Assembly: GCA_017461065.1 (NCBI GenBank)
Contig: JAFTZC010000013.1
Location: forward strand, 3,808 to 67,807
Origin: Clostridia bacterium
Lineage (GTDB): Bacteria > Bacillota > Clostridia > Christensenellales > DTU072
Length of the DNA: 64,000 nucleotides
Reading direction: 5' to 3'
Of the stretch, positions 36,763 to 45,295 are shown piece after piece. Under the pieces are notes generated by a model that searched no databases, was not told where the DNA came from, and saw only the letters and a program-made list of their open reading frames with translations. Within the stretch, counting starts at the first letter, position 1; every line of letters starts with the position of its first letter. A program made the translations under genes and the position numbers.

Positions 36763-37469
36763 TATACTACGCAACCTCCGTCGACGCATAGCACTTGACC
36801 GGTTACGTAGGAGCTACGCTCGGAGATGAAGAACTCGACTGCGTTTGCAACGTCGTCGGTCGTGCCCACTCTCGGAATGGGAATCATACTTACGAAACCT
36901 TGCTTATCTTCTTCGGAGAGTATGTCACTCATAGGAGTATCAATTAAACCGGGTGCAACGCAGTTACAAGTAATGCCACTTAGTCCAAGCTCCTTTGCAA
37001 GAGCTTTGGTAAAGCCAATGAGTCCTGCCTTAGCCGACGAGTAGGAAACTTCACAGCTTGCACCGCTTACTCCCCACATCGAAGAAATATTTACTATACG
37101 TCCCCACTTGTTGGAAATCATATTGGGCACTATCTTTTGGGTTAGGATATAAGTACCCCTAAGGTCTACGCCAAGCATATTGTCAAGCTCGCTTAGGGTA
37201 ACGTCGGTAAAGAGCTTGATTTCAGCAACGCCTGCGTTGTTAATAAGGATATCTATTTTACCAACCGCCTTTGCACACTCGTCGATTGAGCCTACGTCAG
37301 CAAGGTCGAGATAGAATGGTTTTGCACCCGTTTCGCGCGCAATTTTTTCCGCCCTATCCTTACCTTTAAAGTAAGTAAACTTTACGTCGTAGCCGAGCGC
37401 TGCAAGGGAGCGCACTATGCACTCACCGATACCCGATGAACCACCTGTTACTAAAACTTTCTTTGCCAT
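36762..37469 (-). CDS. SDR family oxidoreductase (FabG-like)
   Basis: It carries the motifs VLVTGGSSGIG, NNAG and YSSAKAG. Confidence 0.85.
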   Translation of the reverse strand: MAKKVLVTGGSSGIGECIVRSLAALGYDVKFTYFKGKDRAEKIARETGAKPFYLDLADVGSIDECAKAVGKIDILINNAGVAEIKLFTDVTLSELDNMLGVDLRGTYILTQKIVPNMISNKWGRIVNISSMWGVSGASCEVSYSSAKAGLIGFTKALAKELGLSGITCNCVAPGLIDTPMSDILSEEDKQGFVSMIPIPRVGTTDDVANAVEFFISERSSYVTGQVLCVDGGCVV

Positions 37470-37472
37470 AAA

Positions 37473-38588
37473 TTATTCGTTTTCTGTAGCTTCAGCTACC
37501 AAATTGCACTCAAAATAGCCCTTTCCCTCAAGCACTGCATCAAGCACGGAAATAGCAACTGCGCTCGTTGCAATGATGGTTCCGCGCGGTGCAAGGCAAG
37601 TTACGTGTTCGCCTTTTACTTCAAGGTTTACTACCTTGTTGGTTTCAAAGTTAAGGGTCTTGAAGGGTTGCTTGATACTCGGCGTGGGCTTAAATGAACA
37701 GCTGACGACAACGGGCATACCGTTGCTGATTCCGCCGTTAAGACCACCGTTAAAGTTATTGTCAGTTTCAATCTTGCCATTGTTCAAAACGAAGCTATCC
37801 GCAACGTCGGAGCCGAGCGCGTGCGCAAAGCGAGCGCCGTATCCAAAGCTTACGCTCTTTACAGCAGGGACTGCAAACAAGAATGAAGCTATCTTGGATT
37901 CTAAGCCGTCGAACATTGGCGAGCCGTATCCTGCAGGAAGTCCCACTACTGCGGTCTCGACCGCACCGCCGATACTATTACCAACCGCGCCTATGCTCAT
38001 TAGTAGTGATACCATCTTTTTTCTAACTTCGGGGTTGATGGTTGCAAGGGGTGAGGAATTTAGTCTTTCAATCAGCTCGTCCGAAAACTCGGTGCCAAAC
38101 TTATCGTCGTATATCTCGCCTATGCACTTGATATGCGATACTACTTTGATGCCCATCTTCTCAAGATAGTCGGCGCAAAGCATACCGAAAAAGACTATTG
38201 GGAGCGTACTTCTGCCCGAGCCGTGACCACCGCCAAAGGTGTCGGCGTGACCATTGTATCTTACGCCAGATACGTAGTCGGCGTGGCTTGGACGCGGCAC
38301 TTCCTTTTTGTAGTCAACGACGTCAACGTCCTTGTTGTAGAAAACGACGGTAATGGGTGCGCCGTTGGTTACGCCGTTGGTTACGCCCGAAATAATAGTC
38401 GGTCTATCTTCGTCCTTACGTGCAGCGGTGAAGTTGTTGCTACCCTGTCTTAGCTTCAATCCCAGCTTGATTCTATCGAGATTTACAACTACGCCTGCAG
38501 GGAAGTTGTGCAAAGTGCCACCGACCATTTGGCCGTGAGCTTCGCCAAACAAAGAGAGCTTAAGGTTTTCGCCCCATACTGAACTCAT
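37473..38588 (-). CDS. aroC: chorismate synthase
   Basis: Motifs present are FGEAHG near the N-terminus, GGHGSGRST and GGLNGGISNGMPV. The length of ~370 aa fits. Confidence 0.8.
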   Translation of the reverse strand: MSSVWGENLKLSLFGEAHGQMVGGTLHNFPAGVVVNLDRIKLGLKLRQGSNNFTAARKDEDRPTIISGVTNGVTNGAPITVVFYNKDVDVVDYKKEVPRPSHADYVSGVRYNGHADTFGGGHGSGRSTLPIVFFGMLCADYLEKMGIKVVSHIKCIGEIYDDKFGTEFSDELIERLNSSPLATINPEVRKKMVSLLMSIGAVGNSIGGAVETAVVGLPAGYGSPMFDGLESKIASFLFAVPAVKSVSFGYGARFAHALGSDVADSFVLNNGKIETDNNFNGGLNGGISNGMPVVVSCSFKPTPSIKQPFKTLNFETNKVVNLEVKGEHVTCLAPRGTIIATSAVAISVLDAVLEGKGYFECNLVAEATENE

Positions 38589-38700
38589 AGTATCCTCCGA
38601 AAAATTGGATATAATTATTATAACACCGCTCGCTCAATTTATCAAGATATATTACGCGCGTAATTAAATATATAAAATACTTTATTTAGTCTATTTATTT

Positions 38701-38709
38701 TGGTATAAT
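38701..38709 (+). promoter_or_regulatory. extended -10 promoter element (TGgTATAAT) placed for a leaderless transcript
   Basis: TGGTATAAT ends 6 nt before ATG 38716, and no Shine-Dalgarno sequence lies between them. Confidence 0.5.
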
Positions 38710-38715
38710 ATCAAT

Positions 38716-39660
38716 ATGGATACTAAAATTAGGGCGCTACTAACCAAGCTTGAACCGATAAGTCAAAGATATCTTGAGCTTGTCGAGTGCTTGGAAAGTC
38801 CCGAAATAATTGCGGATAACAGGCTTTATCTACGCCTAAGTGACGAAAAAAACTCTCTTGAAGAAGCATATACTCTCGGAGAGTCGCTTAAGGTTGCAAT
38901 AGAAATAGACGACGAAGGCGAAATAGAAGCACTATACGCACTTCTCAGCGAAGAGTTAAGACCAAAAGACGAACGGGACCTACGCAGTGCACTACTCGAA
39001 ATCCGCTCCGAAAACCCACAAGCGGACGCCTTTAGGGCTGAGCTCCAAAAGGTTTATTTTGCCCTTGCCAAAAGGTGTGAGTACAAGGTGTCTTTGTCCG
39101 AAAACGAAGCAAAATTCGTCACCTTACTCATTGAAGGCAAGGGTGCTTACAGCTACCTAAAACGTGAAACGGGCGTCAATCGCAGCACGGGCGGAAAGGT
39201 AGGCAACGCCAACGTTTGGGTTTCGGTACTGCCAAAAATGGATGACGTAAGCATAGTAATTCGCGAAAGCGACCTACGCACCGACATATTCCACAGCTCG
39301 GGTGCAGGCGGCCAAAATATCAACAAAGTTGCCACCGCCGTTAGGCTCACCCACCTACCCACGGGCATAGTGGTAGTTGCCAAGGAAGAGCGCTCTCAGC
39401 TACAAAATCGCAACCGCGCACGCGACGTACTTTACGCACGCCTATACGCCCACTATCACGAGCTGGAAAACCGCAGGGCTCGCAAGGAGAGTTCCGGCGT
39501 TTACCAACGCGCGCGCAACAATCGCGTAAGGCTATACGACTACGACCACGAGAGCGTAACCGAGCTACGCACCAACCAAACCATAACGCTAAAGCAAGCC
39601 TACGACGGCGAGCTAAGCAAGCTTATAACCCCACTACACCTAAAGGAAAGCAAAGGCTAA
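38716..39660 (+). CDS. divergent class-I peptide chain release factor (RF1-like) paralog, GGQ-positive, without a recognisable PxT/SPF codon-recognition loop
   Basis: The GGQ region is intact (FHSSGAGGQNINKVATAVRLTHLPTGIVVVAKEERSQLQNRNRA). An RF1-like N-terminal helical domain is present. Where the PxT loop should be, the sequence reads GVNRSTGGKVGNANVWVSVLPK. Confidence 0.8.
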   Translation: MDTKIRALLTKLEPISQRYLELVECLESPEIIADNRLYLRLSDEKNSLEEAYTLGESLKVAIEIDDEGEIEALYALLSEELRPKDERDLRSALLEIRSENPQADAFRAELQKVYFALAKRCEYKVSLSENEAKFVTLLIEGKGAYSYLKRETGVNRSTGGKVGNANVWVSVLPKMDDVSIVIRESDLRTDIFHSSGAGGQNINKVATAVRLTHLPTGIVVVAKEERSQLQNRNRARDVLYARLYAHYHELENRRARKESSGVYQRARNNRVRLYDYDHESVTELRTNQTITLKQAYDGELSKLITPLHLKESKG

Positions 39661-42071
39661 TGGGCGCGTTCAACCTTAAAATTTCCATTGACACCACGCT
39701 AACCGTGCTTAGCGCATACAGCTCCGTTTACAAAACGGAGAGATGTGCCGTGGAAATCAAAAAGATACGCTCACACGACCTATTTTTATCAAAGCTTGCC
39801 GAAGCCGTTATCCCCCATATTGCCACTCTTTCCAAAGCAGGCAAGCATTTCAAGCTAACCCTTAGCGGCAAGCACGATTTATATTTTACCTTTGGCAAGC
39901 ATTTGCCACTCACCACCCTAAAGCCTGACGACGTAGTATTTACCGCCTACACCACCACGGAGAGCGAGATACTTTATAACGACGGCAGATTCGTCTACTA
40001 TCTTGATACGCTAAAGAGCTTCGAGGGTATAATTTCACTTGGCACCGCCAACGCAAACGAAAGCGATTATAAGAAGATTTATAGGGTAGCCGGCACAGAC
40101 AAAGCAAGCTTCCCGTTGCTCAGCCCCCACCAAAAAGAAATCGTCGAAACCGAAGATAAAAATATGCTCGTCCAAGGCGTAGCAGGTTCGGGCAAAACCA
40201 ACGTTTGCATAGATAAGGTAATATACTCTGCGTGCAGGGAGTATCGCGGAAGACTTCTTTACTCCACCTTCTCGCGCGGACTGCTAATCGACACCAAAAG
40301 CAAGATAACCGCGTTTGCCGACACCGTGCTATCTCTCATAAAAGCCATAGAGCAAGGGCGCGTAAAATACGTTGGCAACCACAAGATTGCCGTCGAAAAC
40401 AAGCTGGGCATCTACCTTGAAGTGGAAGAAGACAACAAGATACTTGCTAAGCTCAAGGTCATATATACCTACCTAACCGAGAAGGTCGACTATTATCTCA
40501 TCGCAGACCTATACAAGCACTATCTCGGCGGCACGCTGACGCCAAGCGGCGAAGAAGTTTTTACGCGCAAGTATCTCAAGGAAAGCTTTGTGCAAGGACA
40601 AATTGCCAAGCTCAAAAACCTTTCCAGCGAAGTAATTTATAAAGAAATCTTCGGCGTTATCTACGGCTCCTACGAGCCACGCACGCCGCTAAAGGAAATG
40701 ATTAGCTACGACGAGTATTTTCTCAAGCGTGCAACTTCCTTTTCAAAGACGGAGTGCGAAGTAATTTATAGGCTTGGTCGCGACTATAAGACCTATCTTT
40801 CTCGAAACGGGTTAACCGACAACAACTTTATGAGTCGGGAACTCATAACCAACCTAAACAGGTTGCCAAAGTATTCACTTGCCGTACTTGACGAAGTGCA
40901 AGATATGACGGAAATAAACCTACATTTGATGGCAAGTTTGTCAATGAAGCTATTTACGGTTGGTGACGCGCTTCAAATGATAAACCCATCCTATTTTAGC
41001 TTTGCCTATCTCAAAAGGCTGCTTTATCAAGAAGACCAAACCGAAGTCAAAGAGCTGCAAAACAACTACCGCAACACCAAAAAGATTTCGGAAATCATCA
41101 CTTCTCTCGGCGCTATCAACGTCCTAAAGTTCGGCACCCACAGCTTCGTGCTAAAGGGCGTGTCGGTCGACACCGACATCAAGACCCAAGCGGTCAAAGT
41201 AAACGGGGCCAGATTTATCAATCTACTCAGCGAAAAGAAGTACGGCGATTATACCTTAATAGTTGCAACCGATAGGCAAAAGGCAAATATGCGCCGTCTA
41301 CTCGGCAACCGCGAAATCCTAACCGTTTCCGAAGCAAAAGGATTGGAGCGCGACACGGTAATACTATATAATATCCTATCCGACAACTACGACAAGTGGG
41401 AAACGCTTGACCGCATCACCGTCAATCGCAAAACCGCCGACGAAAACAGCGTCTACCGCTACTACTTTAACCTTTTGTACGTAGCAGTATCGCGCGCCAA
41501 GCACAACGTCTACGTTTACGAAGACCGCGACGTGCCTGCTTTTAGAGATTTCTTTAGGCGTGAGTTCTTGTCCCTTTCCGTCAAGGACGCCATCAAAAAT
41601 CTCGAAAGCATATTGTCCGTCAAGGAAGTGGAAGAAGACGAGCTGCTTGAAAGGATTTCCAAGTTTATTTCTCTTGGACAATATGAAAACGCACGCGTTA
41701 CGGCGCTTGGTCTTGACGACGAACTGCAACGCGTAAAGCAAGGCCACCTAATAGACGTAAGCGAAAAGTATATTCGCTACGGAGCCTATCGCGAAGCCGG
41801 TATTAGGTATTGGGAGCTGGGATTATACGACGAAGCCAAGGAGACCTTCCGCCTTTCGGGAGATACCAAGCTCATTGAGTTTATGGAAGCGTCACTCAAG
41901 GAAGAGAGTCACGCACTCAGCTACGATATCGTCCGCTTCTACCCCGACCTTGAAGGCAACGAAGTGGCAAAATCACTTATACTCGACACGCTAAAACGCG
42001 ATTTAACCGAACTAAAAGAAAATCAAAAAACTCTAAGCGCACGCCTAAGGGCGATAAAGGAGAAAAGGTAA
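39660..42071 (+). CDS. SF1 (UvrD/PcrA-like) helicase-family ATPase with an unassigned N-domain and a helical-repeat C-tail
   Basis: Motifs present are LSPHQKEIV...LVQGVAGSGKTNV (Walker A), LAVLDEVQD (Walker B), FTVGDALQMI, LQNNYRNTKKI, TVSEAKGLERDTVIL and LLYVAVSRAKHNVYV. Confidence 0.8.
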   Translation: MGAFNLKISIDTTLTVLSAYSSVYKTERCAVEIKKIRSHDLFLSKLAEAVIPHIATLSKAGKHFKLTLSGKHDLYFTFGKHLPLTTLKPDDVVFTAYTTTESEILYNDGRFVYYLDTLKSFEGIISLGTANANESDYKKIYRVAGTDKASFPLLSPHQKEIVETEDKNMLVQGVAGSGKTNVCIDKVIYSACREYRGRLLYSTFSRGLLIDTKSKITAFADTVLSLIKAIEQGRVKYVGNHKIAVENKLGIYLEVEEDNKILAKLKVIYTYLTEKVDYYLIADLYKHYLGGTLTPSGEEVFTRKYLKESFVQGQIAKLKNLSSEVIYKEIFGVIYGSYEPRTPLKEMISYDEYFLKRATSFSKTECEVIYRLGRDYKTYLSRNGLTDNNFMSRELITNLNRLPKYSLAVLDEVQDMTEINLHLMASLSMKLFTVGDALQMINPSYFSFAYLKRLLYQEDQTEVKELQNNYRNTKKISEIITSLGAINVLKFGTHSFVLKGVSVDTDIKTQAVKVNGARFINLLSEKKYGDYTLIVATDRQKANMRRLLGNREILTVSEAKGLERDTVILYNILSDNYDKWETLDRITVNRKTADENSVYRYYFNLLYVAVSRAKHNVYVYEDRDVPAFRDFFRREFLSLSVKDAIKNLESILSVKEVEEDELLERISKFISLGQYENARVTALGLDDELQRVKQGHLIDVSEKYIRYGAYREAGIRYWELGLYDEAKETFRLSGDTKLIEFMEASLKEESHALSYDIVRFYPDLEGNEVAKSLILDTLKRDLTELKENQKTLSARLRAIKEKR

Positions 42072-42784
42072 TGGACCAAAACGAAGTAAAATTACTAATA
42101 GAAACCTTCAAAAGTTATCGTGACTTGCTCACGCCCATTCAAAGCAATCTTAACGATTTCATAGCCACCTACTCCGGCGTGCAGAGCGATATAGATAGGC
42201 TAAACCAAGCCTTTAGCGGAGATGCAAGGGGCAATCTCGACAAGATTTATCGCACACTTAGCTCACAAGCCGAAAAGGCCACCGACCTTGCAAGCCAAAT
42301 CGATAGATTTATGCGTATGAGCAACCGCTACACCGACGAGATTACCAAGCTACTCGGCACGGTTGAAAAGGTAGCTGACAAGCTCGAAAACATATCCGAC
42401 CTTGAAACCAAGGCCGAAACTCAACTTGGCAAGTTAGAGAGTATTCTTGACGAAAAGCGCAAGAGCTACAACGTCAAGGAACTGCAACGCACGCTTGAAA
42501 ACTACGACGACAACGTAAGGCGTATGAACGAGTTCATCAACAAGGACGTAGCCGAAAAGGTAGCCGACTCCAACCAAAAGATAAACGCCGTAAAGAGTGG
42601 TTCCGAAGCAATGCTCAGCCGCATTTCGCAAGAGAAGACTTCTATCGAAGAACTAACTCAAACCTACCGCGAAACCAACAAACTACTTCGCCAAATCATT
42701 GAAAAGGACGACGTAAACGAAGCCTACTTATACGATATTTTGGACAATTGGGCAAAGGATAGAAAGGTTAAAATCAAAAAATAA
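42071..42784 (+). CDS. predicted coiled-coil protein, unknown function
   Basis: The 237-aa protein is rich in E/K/L/Q with heptad-like spacing throughout and has no TM segment. It is joined by TAATG to both neighbours. Confidence 0.5.
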   Translation: MDQNEVKLLIETFKSYRDLLTPIQSNLNDFIATYSGVQSDIDRLNQAFSGDARGNLDKIYRTLSSQAEKATDLASQIDRFMRMSNRYTDEITKLLGTVEKVADKLENISDLETKAETQLGKLESILDEKRKSYNVKELQRTLENYDDNVRRMNEFINKDVAEKVADSNQKINAVKSGSEAMLSRISQEKTSIEELTQTYRETNKLLRQIIEKDDVNEAYLYDILDNWAKDRKVKIKK

Positions 42785-44961
42785 TGGATACGCTAACTGC
42801 CAAAAAGATACGTCTTGCCGTCATAGGTGACGACGTCAAAGAGCTCAAGACACTCCTTGTAAGCAAGGGGAGCTTTAGCCTGTCTTTCGGCAGATTCCCC
42901 CTACTCTCACTTGCATACCTATACGGTGCAAGCAAAGTAGTGCGCCACTACGAGAGTGCGCTAAGCAAAGTGAGCGACTACGTAGCCCAGCCCGAAGAAA
43001 CCGAAGACTACCTACTATTCAAAAAGAAAGCGGGCAAAGCGCTACGCCTATACTTGGGTGGTCAAACCATAACCCCCGTCGAAATGGCATCGGTCGTTGG
43101 CGACAGCTTGGCTGTAAGTGCCCATCTAAAAGGCTTACCCAACACTGATAGGGTTAAAAAGATATATAGACTCACCCACGCGCAAGAGGTCAAAAAGAGT
43201 GGCAACTCCATCGTTGTGCCACGCTCCAAAAAGCCCACGCTAAAGCAAATCACCGCCGTGCTATCGGTAATTGCAGTGTGCTTGGTTTGTCTACTTGGCG
43301 GCGTGGTAGCGTTAGAAGTAGTACCGCCGTCACTTGGCGGCGAAGGCACCCTGGAGAGCCCACTCAAAATCACTTCAGCGGAGCTGTTTAGCTTGGCGCT
43401 TGAAGACGGCAGCAATAGATATTATACCATCGAAAACGACCTAACCATAGACGCTACCACTTGGACTTCGCGCAACCTAAGCGTCAATATAGACGGCGGT
43501 GGAAGCACTCTTAGCGTAAAAGGAAAGGTTAGCCATAGCCTTATCAAAAAGCTTTCGGGCAGCCTATCTAACCTTACTATCAAATTTTTAGATACCCCCG
43601 ACACTCTCCCAACGAGCAGCGCACTCTTTGTAAACGAAGTTACGGGTAGTATGCAAAATCTAAACGTTTACGCCGAAGACTTGGCGCTCACCGCAAACTC
43701 TGAAGGTGGTATCGTAGCCTATACTTCAACGGGCAATATCAGGGACGTCAAGGTTTTCGTATCCGGCACAATCAACGAAGTTTCGGCTCTCGAAGAAACG
43801 GTTATCGGTACACTACTCTACAAAAATGCAGGTGTGGTAAGTGATGTAGAAGTGTCGCTTGACGTTAGCTTGTCGGGAGATGCAAAAAGTGCAACGAGTA
43901 GCGACACGGCAGGCACCTTTGGAGATGCAATTTTCGGTGGAGTGGTGGGCATAAACAACGGCACTCTCACTCGTGCAGTAGTGACAAACGGCTCTAAGGT
44001 AGTCTCCGACACGTTGGACCTTGCAGGCATAGCTGCAACCAACGCGGAAAAGGCGTCTATCACCCACGCAACCAACAACGCCACCCTAACCCAAACAACG
44101 GCTACGAGCTATTGGTCGCCAAATATCGGTGGTATTACTATGCGTAACTACGGCAAGATTTCAAGTTCCACCAACAACGGAGCTCTCACGGCCACCACCA
44201 ACCAAAACGAGCAAAACACGTCTATAATACTCGGTGGCATAACCACCACCAACACCGGCACCATTGACGGAGCTTTGAACACGGGCGCAATCACGGGCAC
44301 GATGCTTGCAGGCGCCCTAAACCTTGGCGGCATAGGTTATCTTAACGAAGGCGCAACCACCAACTCCACCAATACGGGTGCAATCACGGGCACCGTCACC
44401 GAGACGGATACTCTCCAAATGGAGCACCACCTTGCAGGTGCATACGCCGTCAATATCGGAAGTATAACGAAAATTAAAAACGACGGAGCAATAAGCGGCA
44501 CTTTCTCAGTAGAATCTTCCGCTTTCGTAGGTGGATTGGTCGGACTAAACAATTCTGCAAGCGCAAGCATAAATAACTGCCAAAATAACGGCAACGTAAC
44601 TGCAAACACCACCCAACAAACCAACAAACGCCTATTCGTAGGTGGGGTGGTATCCTATTTATTAGGCAGGCTTACCGACTCCTTTAACACAGGCTCGTTC
44701 ACCACAACGTCCAATGAAAAAGCGGTGGTTGCAGGCGCAGTCCTCGGCTTTACGAGAGTAGAAAGCGACATCACGGGACAGCTATACAAATCGGGTAGCG
44801 ACTGGTCGAACAACTATTATATACCCGAACTCGGTTATGAGTGTGGCATAGGCAACTTTTACGTTCAAGGCATTTTCAGCTCGTCCTATATGGACGGCGA
44901 AGACGTCGACACAACCCCTACCGATATGGATACGCTAAAGGGAATGGAGGTATATTGGTAA
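42784..44961 (+). CDS. bitopic membrane protein: ~155-aa N-terminal cytoplasmic domain, one TM helix, and an extracytoplasmic beta-helix of GLUG-like repeats
   Basis: The TM helix is ITAVLSVIAVCLVCLLGGVVALEVV (nt ~43250-43330). There are at least 8 repeats such as FGGVVGINNGTLTRAVVTNG, IGGITMRNYGKISSSTNNGAL, LGGITTTNTGTIDGALNTGAI and FVGGLVGLNNSASASINNCQNNGNV. Confidence 0.7.
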   Translation: MDTLTAKKIRLAVIGDDVKELKTLLVSKGSFSLSFGRFPLLSLAYLYGASKVVRHYESALSKVSDYVAQPEETEDYLLFKKKAGKALRLYLGGQTITPVEMASVVGDSLAVSAHLKGLPNTDRVKKIYRLTHAQEVKKSGNSIVVPRSKKPTLKQITAVLSVIAVCLVCLLGGVVALEVVPPSLGGEGTLESPLKITSAELFSLALEDGSNRYYTIENDLTIDATTWTSRNLSVNIDGGGSTLSVKGKVSHSLIKKLSGSLSNLTIKFLDTPDTLPTSSALFVNEVTGSMQNLNVYAEDLALTANSEGGIVAYTSTGNIRDVKVFVSGTINEVSALEETVIGTLLYKNAGVVSDVEVSLDVSLSGDAKSATSSDTAGTFGDAIFGGVVGINNGTLTRAVVTNGSKVVSDTLDLAGIAATNAEKASITHATNNATLTQTTATSYWSPNIGGITMRNYGKISSSTNNGALTATTNQNEQNTSIILGGITTTNTGTIDGALNTGAITGTMLAGALNLGGIGYLNEGATTNSTNTGAITGTVTETDTLQMEHHLAGAYAVNIGSITKIKNDGAISGTFSVESSAFVGGLVGLNNSASASINNCQNNGNVTANTTQQTNKRLFVGGVVSYLLGRLTDSFNTGSFTTTSNEKAVVAGAVLGFTRVESDITGQLYKSGSDWSNNYYIPELGYECGIGNFYVQGIFSSSYMDGEDVDTTPTDMDTLKGMEVYW

Positions 44962-45182
44962 TGAGACGTGATATATTCTTCATCATCTTGATAATTCTCG
45001 GTGGAATAGCGGCACTATGCGACGTTGCCTTTGCGACCTACCTTGGCGTGACGATAAGCTCCGTCCTTCAAGGACTTAGCTTCCTACCCGTAGTCTTCCC
45101 CACCATTTGCATCGCGGTGATTGCCGTCAACGCAGTAGCAATAGCGTACGCAGTAGTTTATATCTTGCTACTACGCAAGTAG
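44961..45182 (+). CDS. 73-aa hydrophobic (2-3 TM) small protein, last gene of the coupled operon
   Basis: The ATG at 44961 overlaps the upstream TAA (TAATG), with GGAGG 9 nt upstream. The sequence is MRRDIFFIILIILGGIAALCDVAF...VVYILLLRK. The ORF-track start at 44841 lies out of context inside the upstream gene. Confidence 0.5.
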   Translation: MRRDIFFIILIILGGIAALCDVAFATYLGVTISSVLQGLSFLPVVFPTICIAVIAVNAVAIAYAVVYILLLRK

Positions 45183-45295
45183 CAAGATAAATGCGAAATG
45201 CTTGCAAAAATGAGGAATGGTGAATGGTGAATGAGGAGTGGCTTCATTTCGCTAACGCTTCACTCACAAGGATATAATTTATAAATACCATTTCG

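Noticed and set aside
37573-38169. Antisense ORFs of 100-215 aa opposite real genes (37573-38169 opposite aroC, 54781-55425 opposite the membrane-protein genes, 9150-9509, 32512-32928, 30086-30520, and others).
   Set aside because: All are shadow ORFs inside confidently assigned genes. They have skewed composition and no independent start signals.
38716-39660. Whether the degenerate RF1 paralog signals stop-codon reassignment (a non-standard genetic code).
   Set aside because: TAA, TAG and TGA all terminate well-supported ORFs here at sensible positions. Examples are TAG at 8601-03 followed 11 nt later by the next gene's ATG with AGGAGG, TAG at 45180 and 54885, and TGA at 18969 and 47935. 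No in-frame stops interrupt conserved genes.
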